DNA from: Eubacteriales bacterium
GTDB taxonomy: Bacteria > Bacillota > Clostridia > Oscillospirales > CAG-382
DNA length: 64,000 bases
Assembly (NCBI GenBank): GCA_045540015.1
Contig: JAZQGP010000014.1
Span: 2,850-66,849, forward strand
Direction: 5' to 3'
Part shown: positions 50,727-60,189 of the stretch, piece by piece
Layout of the letters: each line of letters opens with the position of its first letter
Numbering within the stretch: the first letter of the stretch is position 1
Notes under the pieces: generated by a model
Databases searched by the model: none
What the model was told of the DNA's origin: nothing
What the model saw: only the letters and a program-made list of their open reading frames with translations
Made by a program: the position numbers and the translations under genes

Positions 50727-53255
50727 ATGGAAAAAAGATATTCGGACAGTATTGTAAAAAGTGAAAGAATAGACAGATTGAAGGAAAACCTGTTCCGTGA
50801 AAAACCGCAGGTTGAGGCAGACAGAGCGGTTCTTTTGACGCAGTCCTATATGTCGACAGAAGGAGAGCCGATGGTGATAAGACGTGCCAAGGCTTTCAAA
50901 AACATTCTCGAATACATACCGATAACAATCAGAGACGAGGAGCTTGTTGTAGGTGCTGCAACAAAAAAATCCAGAAGCTGTCAGATATTTCCTGAATTTT
51001 CCTTTAAATGGATAGAGGACGAGTTTGACACAATGGAAACAAGAAGCGCCGATGCGTTTCACATTTCCGAGGAAACCAAACGTACTCTCCATGACGTTTT
51101 CAAATATTGGGACGGAAAGACAACAAGCGAACTTGCAACAAATTATCTTGCTCCCGAAACCAAAACCGCGATGGAGCATAATATTTTCACGCCCGGAAAC
51201 TATTTTTATAACGGTGTGGGACATGTAACCGTTCAGTACGACAAGGTGCTGAAAATTGGTTACAAGGGCATTCTTAAGCAAATCCGCGATGAGATGGCAA
51301 GTCAGAATGTGGGCGATGCGGATTATGTGACAAAGCGTGCATTCCTTGAAGCGGCAGAAATGAGCTGTGAGGCGGCAATTTTCTACGCAAGACGTTATGC
51401 AAAGCTTGCGCTTGAAATGCTTGAAAAGGAAAAGGACGAAAAGAGACGTGCAGAGCTTGCAATAATTGCACGCAACTGTTCAAGAGTTCCCGAAAACGGA
51501 GCAGAGAACTTCTATGAAGCATGCCAGAGCTTCTGGTTTGTTCAGCTTCTTGTACAGACCGAGTCCAACGGACACTCTATTTCTCCCGGACGCTTTGACC
51601 AGTATATGTACCCATTTTATAAGAAGGATATTGAAAGCGGAGCAATTACCAAGGAATTTGCACAGGAACTTCTTGACTGTGTGTGGATAAAGCTCAATGA
51701 TTTCAGCAAAATCAGAGATGCGGCAAGTGCCGAGGGCTTTGCAGGCTACAGTCTGTTCCAGAATCTTATTGCAGGCGGGCAGGATAAACACGGCAGGGAT
51801 GCAACAAATGAGCTGTCTTACATGTGCCTTGAAGCAACACTTCACGTTATGCTTCCGGCTCCGTCTCTTTCGATAAGAGTGTGGAACGGTTCTCCGCATG
51901 AGTTTTTAATTAAAGCGGCAACTGTTACGAGAACAGGTATTGGTCTTCCGGCATATTACAACGACGAGATTATAGTGCCTGCACTCATGTCGAGAGGTCT
52001 TACGCTCGAGGATGCGAGAGATTACGGAATTATTGGCTGTGTTGAACCGCAGAAGGCGGGCAAAACATGGGGCTGGCACGATGCGGCGTTCTTTAACATG
52101 TGCAGAGTTCTTGAGCTTGTTTTCTCCGGAGGCGTTGATAAGGGCGTTCAGGTTGGACTTGCAACAGGCCCCGTTAACACGCTAAGAACATATGATGCAT
52201 TCTTTGACACATTTGCAAAGCAGATGGAATACATGGTAACGCTCATGGCAAATGCCTGCAACGCAATAGACGTTGCTCATGCAGAGCGTTGTCCCCTGCC
52301 CTATCTTGCAACTATGATTGACGACTGTATATCACGCGGAAAAACTCCCGAACAAGGCGGTGCAGTTTACAACTTCACGGGTCCTCAGGGCTTCGGTATA
52401 GCAAACGTTGCTGATGCACTTTATGCAATAAAAACGCTTGTTTACGAAAAGAAAGCATTTACGCTGTGCGAACTTAAGGAAGCACTTGATGCAAACTTCG
52501 GTCTTGACATGGGAGTGAACGATGCTCTTGTAAAGGAAATAACCGAAAAGACCGTGGCTGAAATTGCAAAGAACGGAAAGATGCTTTCCAAGGAAGATAT
52601 TGCAAAAGTATATGAAGCCGTTAAGGCGGCTGCTCCCTCTGCAGGAAACAAATACAACGACATACGCGAGCAGATACTTGCAGTCGAAAAATTCGGAAAC
52701 GACATCGACGAGGTTGATGCAATAGCAAGAGAAGCGGCGTATACATATACAAAACCGGTTCAGACCTTCAAAAACCCGAGAGGCGGTATATTCCATGCAG
52801 GTCTTTATCCTGTTTCGGCAAATGTTCCGCTGGGTGCGCAGACGGGTGCAACGCCTGACGGAAGGTATGCATATAAGCCCGTTGCGGACGGTGTATCTCC
52901 TTCTGCGGGCTTTGACACACACGGACCTACATCCTCTGCAAACTCCGTTGCAAAGCTCGACCACGGCATCTGCTCAAACGGAACGCTCTTTAACATGAAG
53001 TTCCATCCTTCGGCACTTGAAGGAACAAGCGGACTTGAAAGCTTTGTTGCCCTTATCAGAGGTTACTTTGACCAGAAGGGTATGCATATGCAGTTCAACG
53101 TTGTAAGCCGCGAAACACTTCTTGATGCACAGAAAAACCCCGACAAGTACAGAAGCCTTGTTGTACGTGTTGCGGGATACAGCGCACTCTTTACAACACT
53201 TTCCAAATCGCTTCAGGACGATATCATTAAGAGAACAGAACAAGGTGGATTCTGA
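50727..53255 (+). CDS. Glycyl radical enzyme (PFL-like dehydratase/lyase; likely B12-independent 1,2-propanediol dehydratase type)
   Basis: Glycyl radical motif VVRVAGYSALF, active-site IIGCVEPQ, and ~842 aa from ATG 50727 (GAGGTG RBS). Confidence 0.85.
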   Translation: MEKRYSDSIVKSERIDRLKENLFREKPQVEADRAVLLTQSYMSTEGEPMVIRRAKAFKNILEYIPITIRDEELVVGAATKKSRSCQIFPEFSFKWIEDEFDTMETRSADAFHISEETKRTLHDVFKYWDGKTTSELATNYLAPETKTAMEHNIFTPGNYFYNGVGHVTVQYDKVLKIGYKGILKQIRDEMASQNVGDADYVTKRAFLEAAEMSCEAAIFYARRYAKLALEMLEKEKDEKRRAELAIIARNCSRVPENGAENFYEACQSFWFVQLLVQTESNGHSISPGRFDQYMYPFYKKDIESGAITKEFAQELLDCVWIKLNDFSKIRDAASAEGFAGYSLFQNLIAGGQDKHGRDATNELSYMCLEATLHVMLPAPSLSIRVWNGSPHEFLIKAATVTRTGIGLPAYYNDEIIVPALMSRGLTLEDARDYGIIGCVEPQKAGKTWGWHDAAFFNMCRVLELVFSGGVDKGVQVGLATGPVNTLRTYDAFFDTFAKQMEYMVTLMANACNAIDVAHAERCPLPYLATMIDDCISRGKTPEQGGAVYNFTGPQGFGIANVADALYAIKTLVYEKKAFTLCELKEALDANFGLDMGVNDALVKEITEKTVAEIAKNGKMLSKEDIAKVYEAVKAAAPSAGNKYNDIREQILAVEKFGNDIDEVDAIAREAAYTYTKPVQTFKNPRGGIFHAGLYPVSANVPLGAQTGATPDGRYAYKPVADGVSPSAGFDTHGPTSSANSVAKLDHGICSNGTLFNMKFHPSALEGTSGLESFVALIRGYFDQKGMHMQFNVVSRETLLDAQKNPDKYRSLVVRVAGYSALFTTLSKSLQDDIIKRTEQGGF

Positions 53256-54040
53256 TGGATATATATAATGTAAAAGGTAGAATATTTGATATACAAAAGT
53301 TTTCGGTTCATGATGGCCCGGGAATAAGGACAATTGTGTTTTTAAAGGGTTGTGCACTAAGGTGTAAATGGTGCTGTAATCCCGAATCACAATCTCATGA
53401 CATAGAGAACATGAGCACACCGGACGGTAACAAAACCGTAGGCAAAGATGTGACAGTCGGCGAGGTAATTACAGATATTCTAAAAGACCGCCCCTACTTT
53501 CGCCGTTCGGGCGGAGGGATAACACTTTCCGGAGGCGAAACCTTGCTTCAAAGCGAATTTGCACTTGCACTCTTTAAAGCAGCAAAGGAAAACGGCATCA
53601 GCACTGCCATAGAATCAACCGGCTTTGCCAAATACGAAATTATAGAAAAGCTATTGCCCTATATAGATGTGTTTTTGATGGATATAAAGCACACAAACTC
53701 CCAAAAGCACAGAGAGTTTACCACTCAGCCAAATGAGCTGATACTGGAAAACGCCCGGAAAATTGCCAAAAATGCAAATGAGCTTATAATAAGAGTTCCC
53801 GTAATACCCACATTTAACGACACTGTCGAGGAGATAACGGATATAGCTGAGTTTACAAAGAGTCTTGGAAGCGTAAATGAGCTTCATCTGCTCCCTTACC
53901 ACAGACTCGGCGAGGACAAATACACCTACCTCGGCAGAAATTATGAATTAAGGCATATAACTACACCCTCGGACGATACGATGCAAAAACTTAAAAATGC
54001 GGTTGAAAGCTGCGGACTTAAGTGTCAAATCGGCGGCTGA
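53255..54040 (+). CDS. Glycyl-radical enzyme activating enzyme (radical SAM)
   Basis: CALRCKWCCNPES cluster motif. The start overlaps the GRE stop codon. Confidence 0.9.
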   Translation: MDIYNVKGRIFDIQKFSVHDGPGIRTIVFLKGCALRCKWCCNPESQSHDIENMSTPDGNKTVGKDVTVGEVITDILKDRPYFRRSGGGITLSGGETLLQSEFALALFKAAKENGISTAIESTGFAKYEIIEKLLPYIDVFLMDIKHTNSQKHREFTTQPNELILENARKIAKNANELIIRVPVIPTFNDTVEEITDIAEFTKSLGSVNELHLLPYHRLGEDKYTYLGRNYELRHITTPSDDTMQKLKNAVESCGLKCQIGG

Positions 54041-54054
54041 AGAAAGGAAATAAA

Positions 54055-54423
54055 ATGGACAGACTATCACTTCAGGACAAAATGAGAATAGTTCAGGAAA
54101 TAGTACCGGGCAAGCAGATAACACTGATGCACATAATTGCAAATCCCGACGATGTACTCTACCAAAAGCTCGGTCTAGACACCTCGGAGGACTATAACAA
54201 AGGTGCTATCGGCGTAATGACGGTATCGCCGAGCGAAACAGTAATAATCGCAGGTGATATCGCAATAAAGGCATCGGGTGCAGAAATTGGTTTTGTAGAC
54301 AGATTCAGCGGCACCCTCATAATAACAGGTACGGTATCATCTGTTCAGGCGGCATTTGACGCTGTGAGGGATTACACTCAAAACACCCTTGGCTACGAAG
54401 TGTGCGCCGTGACAAAGACATGA
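54055..54423 (+). CDS. BMC shell protein, circularly permuted PduU/EutS type
   Basis: RIVQEIVPGKQITLMHIIANP...VSPSETVIIAGDIAIKASGAEIGFVDRFSGTLIITG. Confidence 0.8.
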   Translation: MDRLSLQDKMRIVQEIVPGKQITLMHIIANPDDVLYQKLGLDTSEDYNKGAIGVMTVSPSETVIIAGDIAIKASGAEIGFVDRFSGTLIITGTVSSVQAAFDAVRDYTQNTLGYEVCAVTKT

Positions 54424-54857
54424 TTAAGAAAAAACGCCTGATGCTCATAGGCAGAAGCGAAGCCGGCAAGACCACTCTTACACAGGCACTTCGCCAAAGA
54501 CCCATTGAGTACGAAAAAACCCAGTCTGTAAGCATGGATGAGCTTCTTATAGATACACCGGGTGAATACATACAAACCAAAAACTTTGGAACTGCACTTG
54601 CAATTTACTCATACGAGGCAGATGTTATAGGGCTATTGCTTAGTGCTACCGAGGATTATTCTCTGTACAGCCCCAACATAACCTGCATGACTACCAAAGA
54701 AGTAATCGGCATCATAACAAAGATAGACCACAAAAACGCAAATATTCAAAACGCAGAAAAGTGGTTAAAACTTGCCGGATGCAAAAAAATCTTTAGGGTA
54801 AACTCGCTTGCAAGCCAAGGCATTGACGAAATTAAAGCACATTTGGGTTGGATTTAA
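54420..54857 (+). CDS. EutP/PduV family small GTPase
   Basis: P-loop GRSEAGKTTL and DTPGEY. ATGA overlap with the upstream gene. Confidence 0.85.
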   Translation: MIKKKRLMLIGRSEAGKTTLTQALRQRPIEYEKTQSVSMDELLIDTPGEYIQTKNFGTALAIYSYEADVIGLLLSATEDYSLYSPNITCMTTKEVIGIITKIDHKNANIQNAEKWLKLAGCKKIFRVNSLASQGIDEIKAHLGWI

Positions 54858-54907
54858 TTAAAACCAACAAAAACAAAGATAAAAAGTAAAAAAACCACAT
54901 TTTTGTA

Positions 54908-54936
54908 TTGACACTTTGTGTCGTATATGATATTAT
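54908..54936 (+). promoter_or_regulatory. Internal sigma-A promoter in the BMC locus
   Basis: TTGACA (54908-54913), a 17-nt spacer, extended -10 TGaTATTAT (54928-36). Confidence 0.5.
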
Positions 54937-54975
54937 TACAATATAGGTTAAAATTTTTTATAAGGAGATATAGAT

Positions 54976-55782
54976 ATGGTAAACGAATACGAAATCAAAA
55001 AACAAATCTGTGAAATCGGTAAAAGAATTTACGACAGAGGAATGGTTGCTTCCAACGACGGTAACATCTCCGTTAAAATCGGCGAAAACGAATTTCTCTG
55101 TACACCCACAGGCGTAAGTAAGGGCTTTATGACACCGGACTACATCTGCAAGGTAGACGGCGAAGGCAAGGTAATCTCCGCAAACGGTAACTTCCGTCCT
55201 TCTTCCGAAATCAAGATGCACATGAGAGTTTACAAGCAGAGACCCGATGTTAAGTCTGTTGTACACGCTCACCCGATTTATGCAACAAGCTTCGCTATTG
55301 CAGGCATTCCGCTTACTCAGCCCATCATGCCCGAAGCTGTTATTGCTCTCGGTTGCGTTCCGATTGCTGACTACGGTACACCCTCTACCGAAGAAATCCC
55401 CGATGCAGTAGAAAAGTACCTCCAGCACTTTGATGCGGTTCTTCTTGCTAACCACGGTGCTCTCTCCTTCTCGGACAGCCTTCTCTCGGCTTATCATAAG
55501 ATGGAATCTCTTGAATTCTATGCACAGTTGCTCTATCATTCCAAGGTTCTCGGCGGACCCAAGGAGTTATCCAAGACACAGGTCAAGAGACTCTATGAAG
55601 TCAGAAAGGCTTTCGGCATGACCGGTAAGCACCCCGCTGATATCTGTCTCAATGCACACTCCGGCACACAGAACTGCCACAACTGCAACATGGGCGTAGA
55701 AAAGAGCTGTGCTTCTTCTTCTGCTGATGCAGACCTTATCGCTGCTATAACCAAAAAGGTTATGGAAGAACTCGGCAAATAA
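54976..55782 (+). CDS. Class II aldolase (L-fuculose/rhamnulose-phosphate aldolase-like) with a Cys-rich C-terminal extension and putative encapsulation helix
   Basis: Aldolase_II core (NDGNISVK, HAHP, ANHGALS). The extra ~50-aa tail is ...CLNAHSGTQNCHNCNMGVEKSCASSSADADLIAAITKKVMEELGK. Confidence 0.8.
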   Translation: MVNEYEIKKQICEIGKRIYDRGMVASNDGNISVKIGENEFLCTPTGVSKGFMTPDYICKVDGEGKVISANGNFRPSSEIKMHMRVYKQRPDVKSVVHAHPIYATSFAIAGIPLTQPIMPEAVIALGCVPIADYGTPSTEEIPDAVEKYLQHFDAVLLANHGALSFSDSLLSAYHKMESLEFYAQLLYHSKVLGGPKELSKTQVKRLYEVRKAFGMTGKHPADICLNAHSGTQNCHNCNMGVEKSCASSSADADLIAAITKKVMEELGK

Positions 55783-55797
55783 GCACGGGGTGACACT

Positions 55798-56301
55798 ATG
55801 GACGACAAAACACTAAATGATTTGGTCGATGCCGTTACAAAAAGTGTACTTAATATATCTGCTTTAGCAAAAAAAGATTATTCCAAAAGCTACATATCGC
55901 TTAATTTAGCGAAAAAGCTTGTAAAGAAAATCGAGGACGAAGCAGAAAGAATCGGTGTCAAAGCAGTGGTTGCAGTATCAAATGCTGCCGCAAGACCCGT
56001 AATTATAGAATGTATGGATGACTCCTACATTGCAAGCTACGACATAGCACTAAACAAAGCCTATACATCGGTTGCACTAAAGATGTCCACAAGCACTCTT
56101 AAGGGACTAACTAAGCCGGGCGATTCGCTCTATGGTATCCAGTATACAAATGACGGCAAAATCGTAATATTCGGCGGCGGAGAGCCTTTGATGCGAAATG
56201 GTGAAATAATCGGCGGTCTCGGTGTAAGCGGCGGAAGCGAGGAACAAGATACCTATCTTGCCAGGTTCGGTGCTGAGGTCTTTGGGGAGGAGTTATCATA
56301 A
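55798..56301 (+). CDS. GlcG/HbpS-like (DUF336, PduO C-terminal-domain-like) protein
   Basis: VAVSNAAARPV...AYTSVALKMST...GGGEPL..NGEIIGGLGVSGGSEEQD. N-terminal amphipathic helix LNDLVDAVTKSVLNI. Confidence 0.75.
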   Translation: MDDKTLNDLVDAVTKSVLNISALAKKDYSKSYISLNLAKKLVKKIEDEAERIGVKAVVAVSNAAARPVIIECMDDSYIASYDIALNKAYTSVALKMSTSTLKGLTKPGDSLYGIQYTNDGKIVIFGGGEPLMRNGEIIGGLGVSGGSEEQDTYLARFGAEVFGEELS

Positions 56302-56660
56302 ATACTACATATAATGTTTCGGATAACCCTGACCTTTACGCCAGAACGCTTACAGCGGATATAAATTCAAACATCACAATCACAGTTAGCCCGCTAGTAA
56401 AGGACGAATTTATATATCACCTTGTGGAAAACGGCGGCTATCTTGCTTCGGCAAAACAGCGTGATATGATGCTAAAGGCGGCAAAGACTACCAAAAGTTT
56501 AAAGGCTGTGTTGTACTCAATGGGTGCCATAACAGCTACAAACCACAAGTTTATAATCTACGAAGCAAACGCAGACGATGCCGTTTTAAATGCCAATTTA
56601 CCATTTGGTGCAACAGGCATTGTGTGCGAAAACACAAATAACAATACAAGGAGAATAGCT

Positions 56661-57863
56661 ATGGATGTAAATCAAGAGCAAATTCAGGCTATTGTTCAGC
56701 AGATTTTAGCAGGTATGAACCAAGACTCACCTGCACCCAAGGCAAGCTTTAGCGGCGATATCCCCAAGACGAGCCGTGCGGCTATGCTCACAAAGCTCGA
56801 AAACTACGAAATCAAAGAGTTCCCTATTCCGGAGCTTGGCGATGATGACATTTTAGTTAAAGTTGAGGGCTGCGGCATCTGCGGAACTGATGCTCACGAA
56901 TTTAAACGCGACCCGTTTGGACTTATTCCGCTTGTACTCGGACACGAAGGAACAGGCGAAATAGTAAAAATGGGCAAAAATGTAACCAAAGACAGTGCAG
57001 GAAAGCCCCTTGCCGTAGGCGACAAGGTTGTAACCTGTATGATCTTTAAAGACAACCCCGATATTACCATGTTTGACTTAAACAAGCAAAATGTCGGCGG
57101 TGCAGATGTATACGGACTTCTCCCCGATGACGATGTTCACTTAAACGGCTGGTTTGCCGACTACCTCGTTATAAGAGGCGGCTCTACCGTATTTAATGTA
57201 AGTGATTTAAGTCTCGACATGAGAATCTTAATTGAGCCATCGGCAGTATTGATTCACGCTGTGGAAAGAGCCAAAACAACAGGAATACTAAGATTCAATT
57301 CCCGTGTTGCGGTTCAGGGCTGCGGACCTATCGGTCTTATATGTATAGCTGTCCTTAGAACTATGGGTATTGAAAACATAGTTGCAATAGACGGTCAGGC
57401 TAAAAGACTTGAATTTGCAAAGGAGCTTGGTGCTACTGCAACTGTTAACTTTACTGAGTTCAAAGGTCAGGAGGCACTTGCAGAAGGTGTTAAAGAAGCA
57501 CTCGGAGGCTATCTTGCAGACTTTGCGTTCCAGTGTACAGGCTCACCTGTTGCTCACAGCAACATCTACAAGTTCATACGCAACGGCGGCGGACTTTGCG
57601 AGCTTGGATTCTTTATCAACGGCGGCGATGCTACCATCAATCCGCACTTTGATATATGTGCTAAGGAAATCACAACAGTAGGCTCATGGGTATACACCTT
57701 AAGAGACTACGCAACAACATTTGATTTCTTAAAGCGTGCTAAGGGAATCGGACTTCCGCTTGAGAAGCTCATAACACACAAATTCCCACTTTCACAAATC
57801 AACGAAGCCCACAGAACCAACCTTGAGATGAAGGGGCTTAAAATAGCTATTATTAATGAATAA
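56661..57863 (+). CDS. Zinc-dependent (MDR family) alcohol dehydrogenase with N-terminal encapsulation-peptide-like helix
   Basis: GCGICGTDAHEF, GHEGTGEIV and GCGPIGL motifs. AAGGAG lies 8 nt before ATG 56661. N-terminus MDVNQEQIQAIVQQILAGM. The track ORF extends in frame upstream to GTG 56424 (see findings). Confidence 0.8.
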   Translation: MDVNQEQIQAIVQQILAGMNQDSPAPKASFSGDIPKTSRAAMLTKLENYEIKEFPIPELGDDDILVKVEGCGICGTDAHEFKRDPFGLIPLVLGHEGTGEIVKMGKNVTKDSAGKPLAVGDKVVTCMIFKDNPDITMFDLNKQNVGGADVYGLLPDDDVHLNGWFADYLVIRGGSTVFNVSDLSLDMRILIEPSAVLIHAVERAKTTGILRFNSRVAVQGCGPIGLICIAVLRTMGIENIVAIDGQAKRLEFAKELGATATVNFTEFKGQEALAEGVKEALGGYLADFAFQCTGSPVAHSNIYKFIRNGGGLCELGFFINGGDATINPHFDICAKEITTVGSWVYTLRDYATTFDFLKRAKGIGLPLEKLITHKFPLSQINEAHRTNLEMKGLKIAIINE

Positions 57864-57882
57864 ATTTTAGGAGGATATAACA

Positions 57883-58158
57883 ATGGCAAAAGAAGCATTA
57901 GGAATGATTGAAACTAGAGGTTTAACAGCAGCAGTTGAGGCAGCAGACGCAATGGTTAAGGCAGCAGAGGTATCTCTCGTAGGTACTGAAAAAATCGGTT
58001 CCGGTCTTGTAACCGTAATGGTTAGAGGCGATGTAGGAGCTGTTAAGGCTGCAACAGAAGCAGGTGCTGCAACAGCATCAAGACTTGGAGAACTCATCGC
58101 AGTTCATGTAATTCCCAGACCCCATGACGATGTAGAAAAGATTCTCCCCAAATTCTAA
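57883..58158 (+). CDS. BMC-H shell protein (PduA/EutM type)
   Basis: [54 protein letters not shown]. Confidence 0.95.
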   Translation: MAKEALGMIETRGLTAAVEAADAMVKAAEVSLVGTEKIGSGLVTVMVRGDVGAVKAATEAGAATASRLGELIAVHVIPRPHDDVEKILPKF

Positions 58159-58251
58159 TTAAAGGCGGAATACAAAATGGCTACATCAAAAACCACGAAA
58201 AAAACCACTAAGACAGCAGAAGTTGTCAATACCGTTAAGGAGGAAAAGAAA

Positions 58252-58530
58252 ATGTCATTAGAAGCATTAGGTATTATTGAAACAAGAGGTTTAGTTGCTG
58301 CAATCGAAGCTGCAGACGCTATGCTCAAGGCTGCAAATGTTCAGCTCGTAGGCACAGAAAAGATCGGTTCCGGTCTTGTGAGCGTTATGGTAAGAGGCGA
58401 TGTAGGTGCTGTTAAATCTGCAGTAGAAGCAGGTCAGTCAAATGCATCAAGACTTGGCGAAATCATCGCAACTCATGTAATCCCCAGACCTCACGGAGAT
58501 GTTGAAAAGATTATTCCTACACTTAAATAA
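58252..58530 (+). CDS. BMC-H shell protein (PduA/EutM type); alternative start at 58177 would add a K/T-rich extension
   Basis: [30 protein letters not shown]... AAGGAGG lies 7-8 nt before ATG 58252. Confidence 0.85.
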   Translation: MSLEALGIIETRGLVAAIEAADAMLKAANVQLVGTEKIGSGLVSVMVRGDVGAVKSAVEAGQSNASRLGEIIATHVIPRPHGDVEKIIPTLK

Positions 58531-58568
58531 TCCCACCCCCTACATTAATCTTAATACGAGGTGATATT

Positions 58569-58832
58569 GTGATTATCGGTAAAGTAGTAGGAAGCGTCGT
58601 ATCAACAAGAAAAAATGAAAATCTGGTCGGAAGTAAATTTATGGTGATTGAGCCTTGCAAAGGCATGGCTCAGTCACGATTTGTAGCTGTGGACAATGTT
58701 GGTGCAGGTATTGGCGAAATTGTTCTCGTAGCTACCGGAAGTGCCGCAAGAATCGGCTGCAACATGGAGAACTCTCCTATCGACGCCGCAATAGTCGGCA
58801 TTGTGGATTCCGGCACAGAATTGGAGTTTTGA
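58569..58832 (+). CDS. BMC-P pentameric vertex protein (EutN/PduN/CcmL family)
   Basis: IIGKVVGSVVSTRKNENLVGSKFMVIE. GTG start with GAGGTG RBS. Confidence 0.9.
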   Translation: MIIGKVVGSVVSTRKNENLVGSKFMVIEPCKGMAQSRFVAVDNVGAGIGEIVLVATGSAARIGCNMENSPIDAAIVGIVDSGTELEF

Positions 58833-58838
58833 TTTTAA

Positions 58839-60167
58839 ATGGATATAGCTATCTTAAAAGACATCATACAAAATGCAGGTATTGCCGGTGCCGGTGGTGC
58901 CGGCTTCCCAGCATATGCAAAACTTAATACAAACGCAGAAGTTGTTATATTAAACTGTGCAGAATGCGAACCTCTTATCAAGGTTCACCGCCAGCTCCTT
59001 GCAAACTACTCCGAAGAGATAATAAGCACCATGTCTTTAATAGCAAAGACTCTCGGTGCCAGAGAGTTTGTCGTAGGCATAAAGGAAGAATACGAGGAAG
59101 CATTAACCGCAGTTAGGTCTGAAATCAAGGACATTAAAAACGGAAGAATACATCTGTTAAAGGAAGTGTATCCCTCGGGCGACGAAGTGATTCTTACCTA
59201 TGATGTTACAGAAAAAATCGTTCCACCAGGTGCGATTCCGATTGATGTAGGCGTTATCGTATACAATGTTGAGACTGTTTTAAACATCTATAACGCCGTT
59301 AAACTAAACAAAAATGTAACACATAAGTATGTAACCGTAGCAGGCGAAGTTAAGAGTCCTAAAACTTTCAAGGTTCCCATAGGAACTAAGTTTTCGCAGC
59401 TTATAGAAATGTGCGGGGGGAAAACAGCCCAAAGCACTGCCCTTATTCAAGGCGGTCCAATGACCGGCAGAAATGCGTGCGAAAACGATACTGTTACCAA
59501 AACAACAAACGCTCTACTGGTACTGCCCAAGGAGCATTACCTTATAAGCAAACGAAATCAGAAAATAACAATGAGTGTAAAAAGAGCACTAAGTGCTTGC
59601 TGCCAGTGCAAAACCTGTACTGAAATGTGCCCCAGAAATCTCTTGGGGCACCCCATTAATCCGAGTGACTTTATGAGGTCGCTCACTTCCAATGTAGCAC
59701 ATACAGATACACTTTTAAATACGCAATACTGCTCACAGTGCGGACTGTGCGAGATGTATGCGTGTCCGCAAGGCTTAAGCCCTGCCACACTCATTGGCAT
59801 ATATAAATCCAAGCTTAAGAAAAACGGCATTAAACCCGAAAAGCTTAAAGCACCCCAAAGTTCTAAAGAAGAAAGAAATTACAGACAAATCCCAATGTCA
59901 AGATTAATACGCAGATTGGATATATTAAAGTACAATGTACCCGCTCCCCTCTGCGATAACAGCATAGAGACAAAAAGAGTAAAGATTTCTCTGTCACAGT
60001 CAATTGGTGCTCCCGCTGTACCTTGTGTTAAAGTAAACGACACGGTTGCCGTAGGAGACAAAATTGCCGATGCAAAAGAAAACTCCCTGTCTCTGCCACT
60101 GCACAGCTCTATAAACGGAACTGTAACCGATATCACAGACAAATACATAACGATATCGGCAAAATAA
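58839..60167 (+). CDS. PduS-like RnfC-family flavo-iron-sulfur oxidoreductase
   Basis: GAGGAGFP nucleotide-binding motif and two 4Fe-4S motifs (CCQCKTCTEMCP, CSQCGLCEMYACP). Confidence 0.85.
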   Translation: MDIAILKDIIQNAGIAGAGGAGFPAYAKLNTNAEVVILNCAECEPLIKVHRQLLANYSEEIISTMSLIAKTLGAREFVVGIKEEYEEALTAVRSEIKDIKNGRIHLLKEVYPSGDEVILTYDVTEKIVPPGAIPIDVGVIVYNVETVLNIYNAVKLNKNVTHKYVTVAGEVKSPKTFKVPIGTKFSQLIEMCGGKTAQSTALIQGGPMTGRNACENDTVTKTTNALLVLPKEHYLISKRNQKITMSVKRALSACCQCKTCTEMCPRNLLGHPINPSDFMRSLTSNVAHTDTLLNTQYCSQCGLCEMYACPQGLSPATLIGIYKSKLKKNGIKPEKLKAPQSSKEERNYRQIPMSRLIRRLDILKYNVPAPLCDNSIETKRVKISLSQSIGAPAVPCVKVNDTVAVGDKIADAKENSLSLPLHSSINGTVTDITDKYITISAK

Positions 60168-60189
60168 GCATTTGAAAGGAAAGACTTCC

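Noticed and set aside
52332-52964. Long antisense ORFs within large genes (for example 52332-52964 in the GRE, 60933-61652 in the aldehyde dehydrogenase, 37252-37812 in argS, 35781-36212 in the DUF3048 gene)
   Set aside because: All lie opposite strongly supported conserved genes, lack RBSs, and have Cys/Phe/Val-rich shadow-frame composition.
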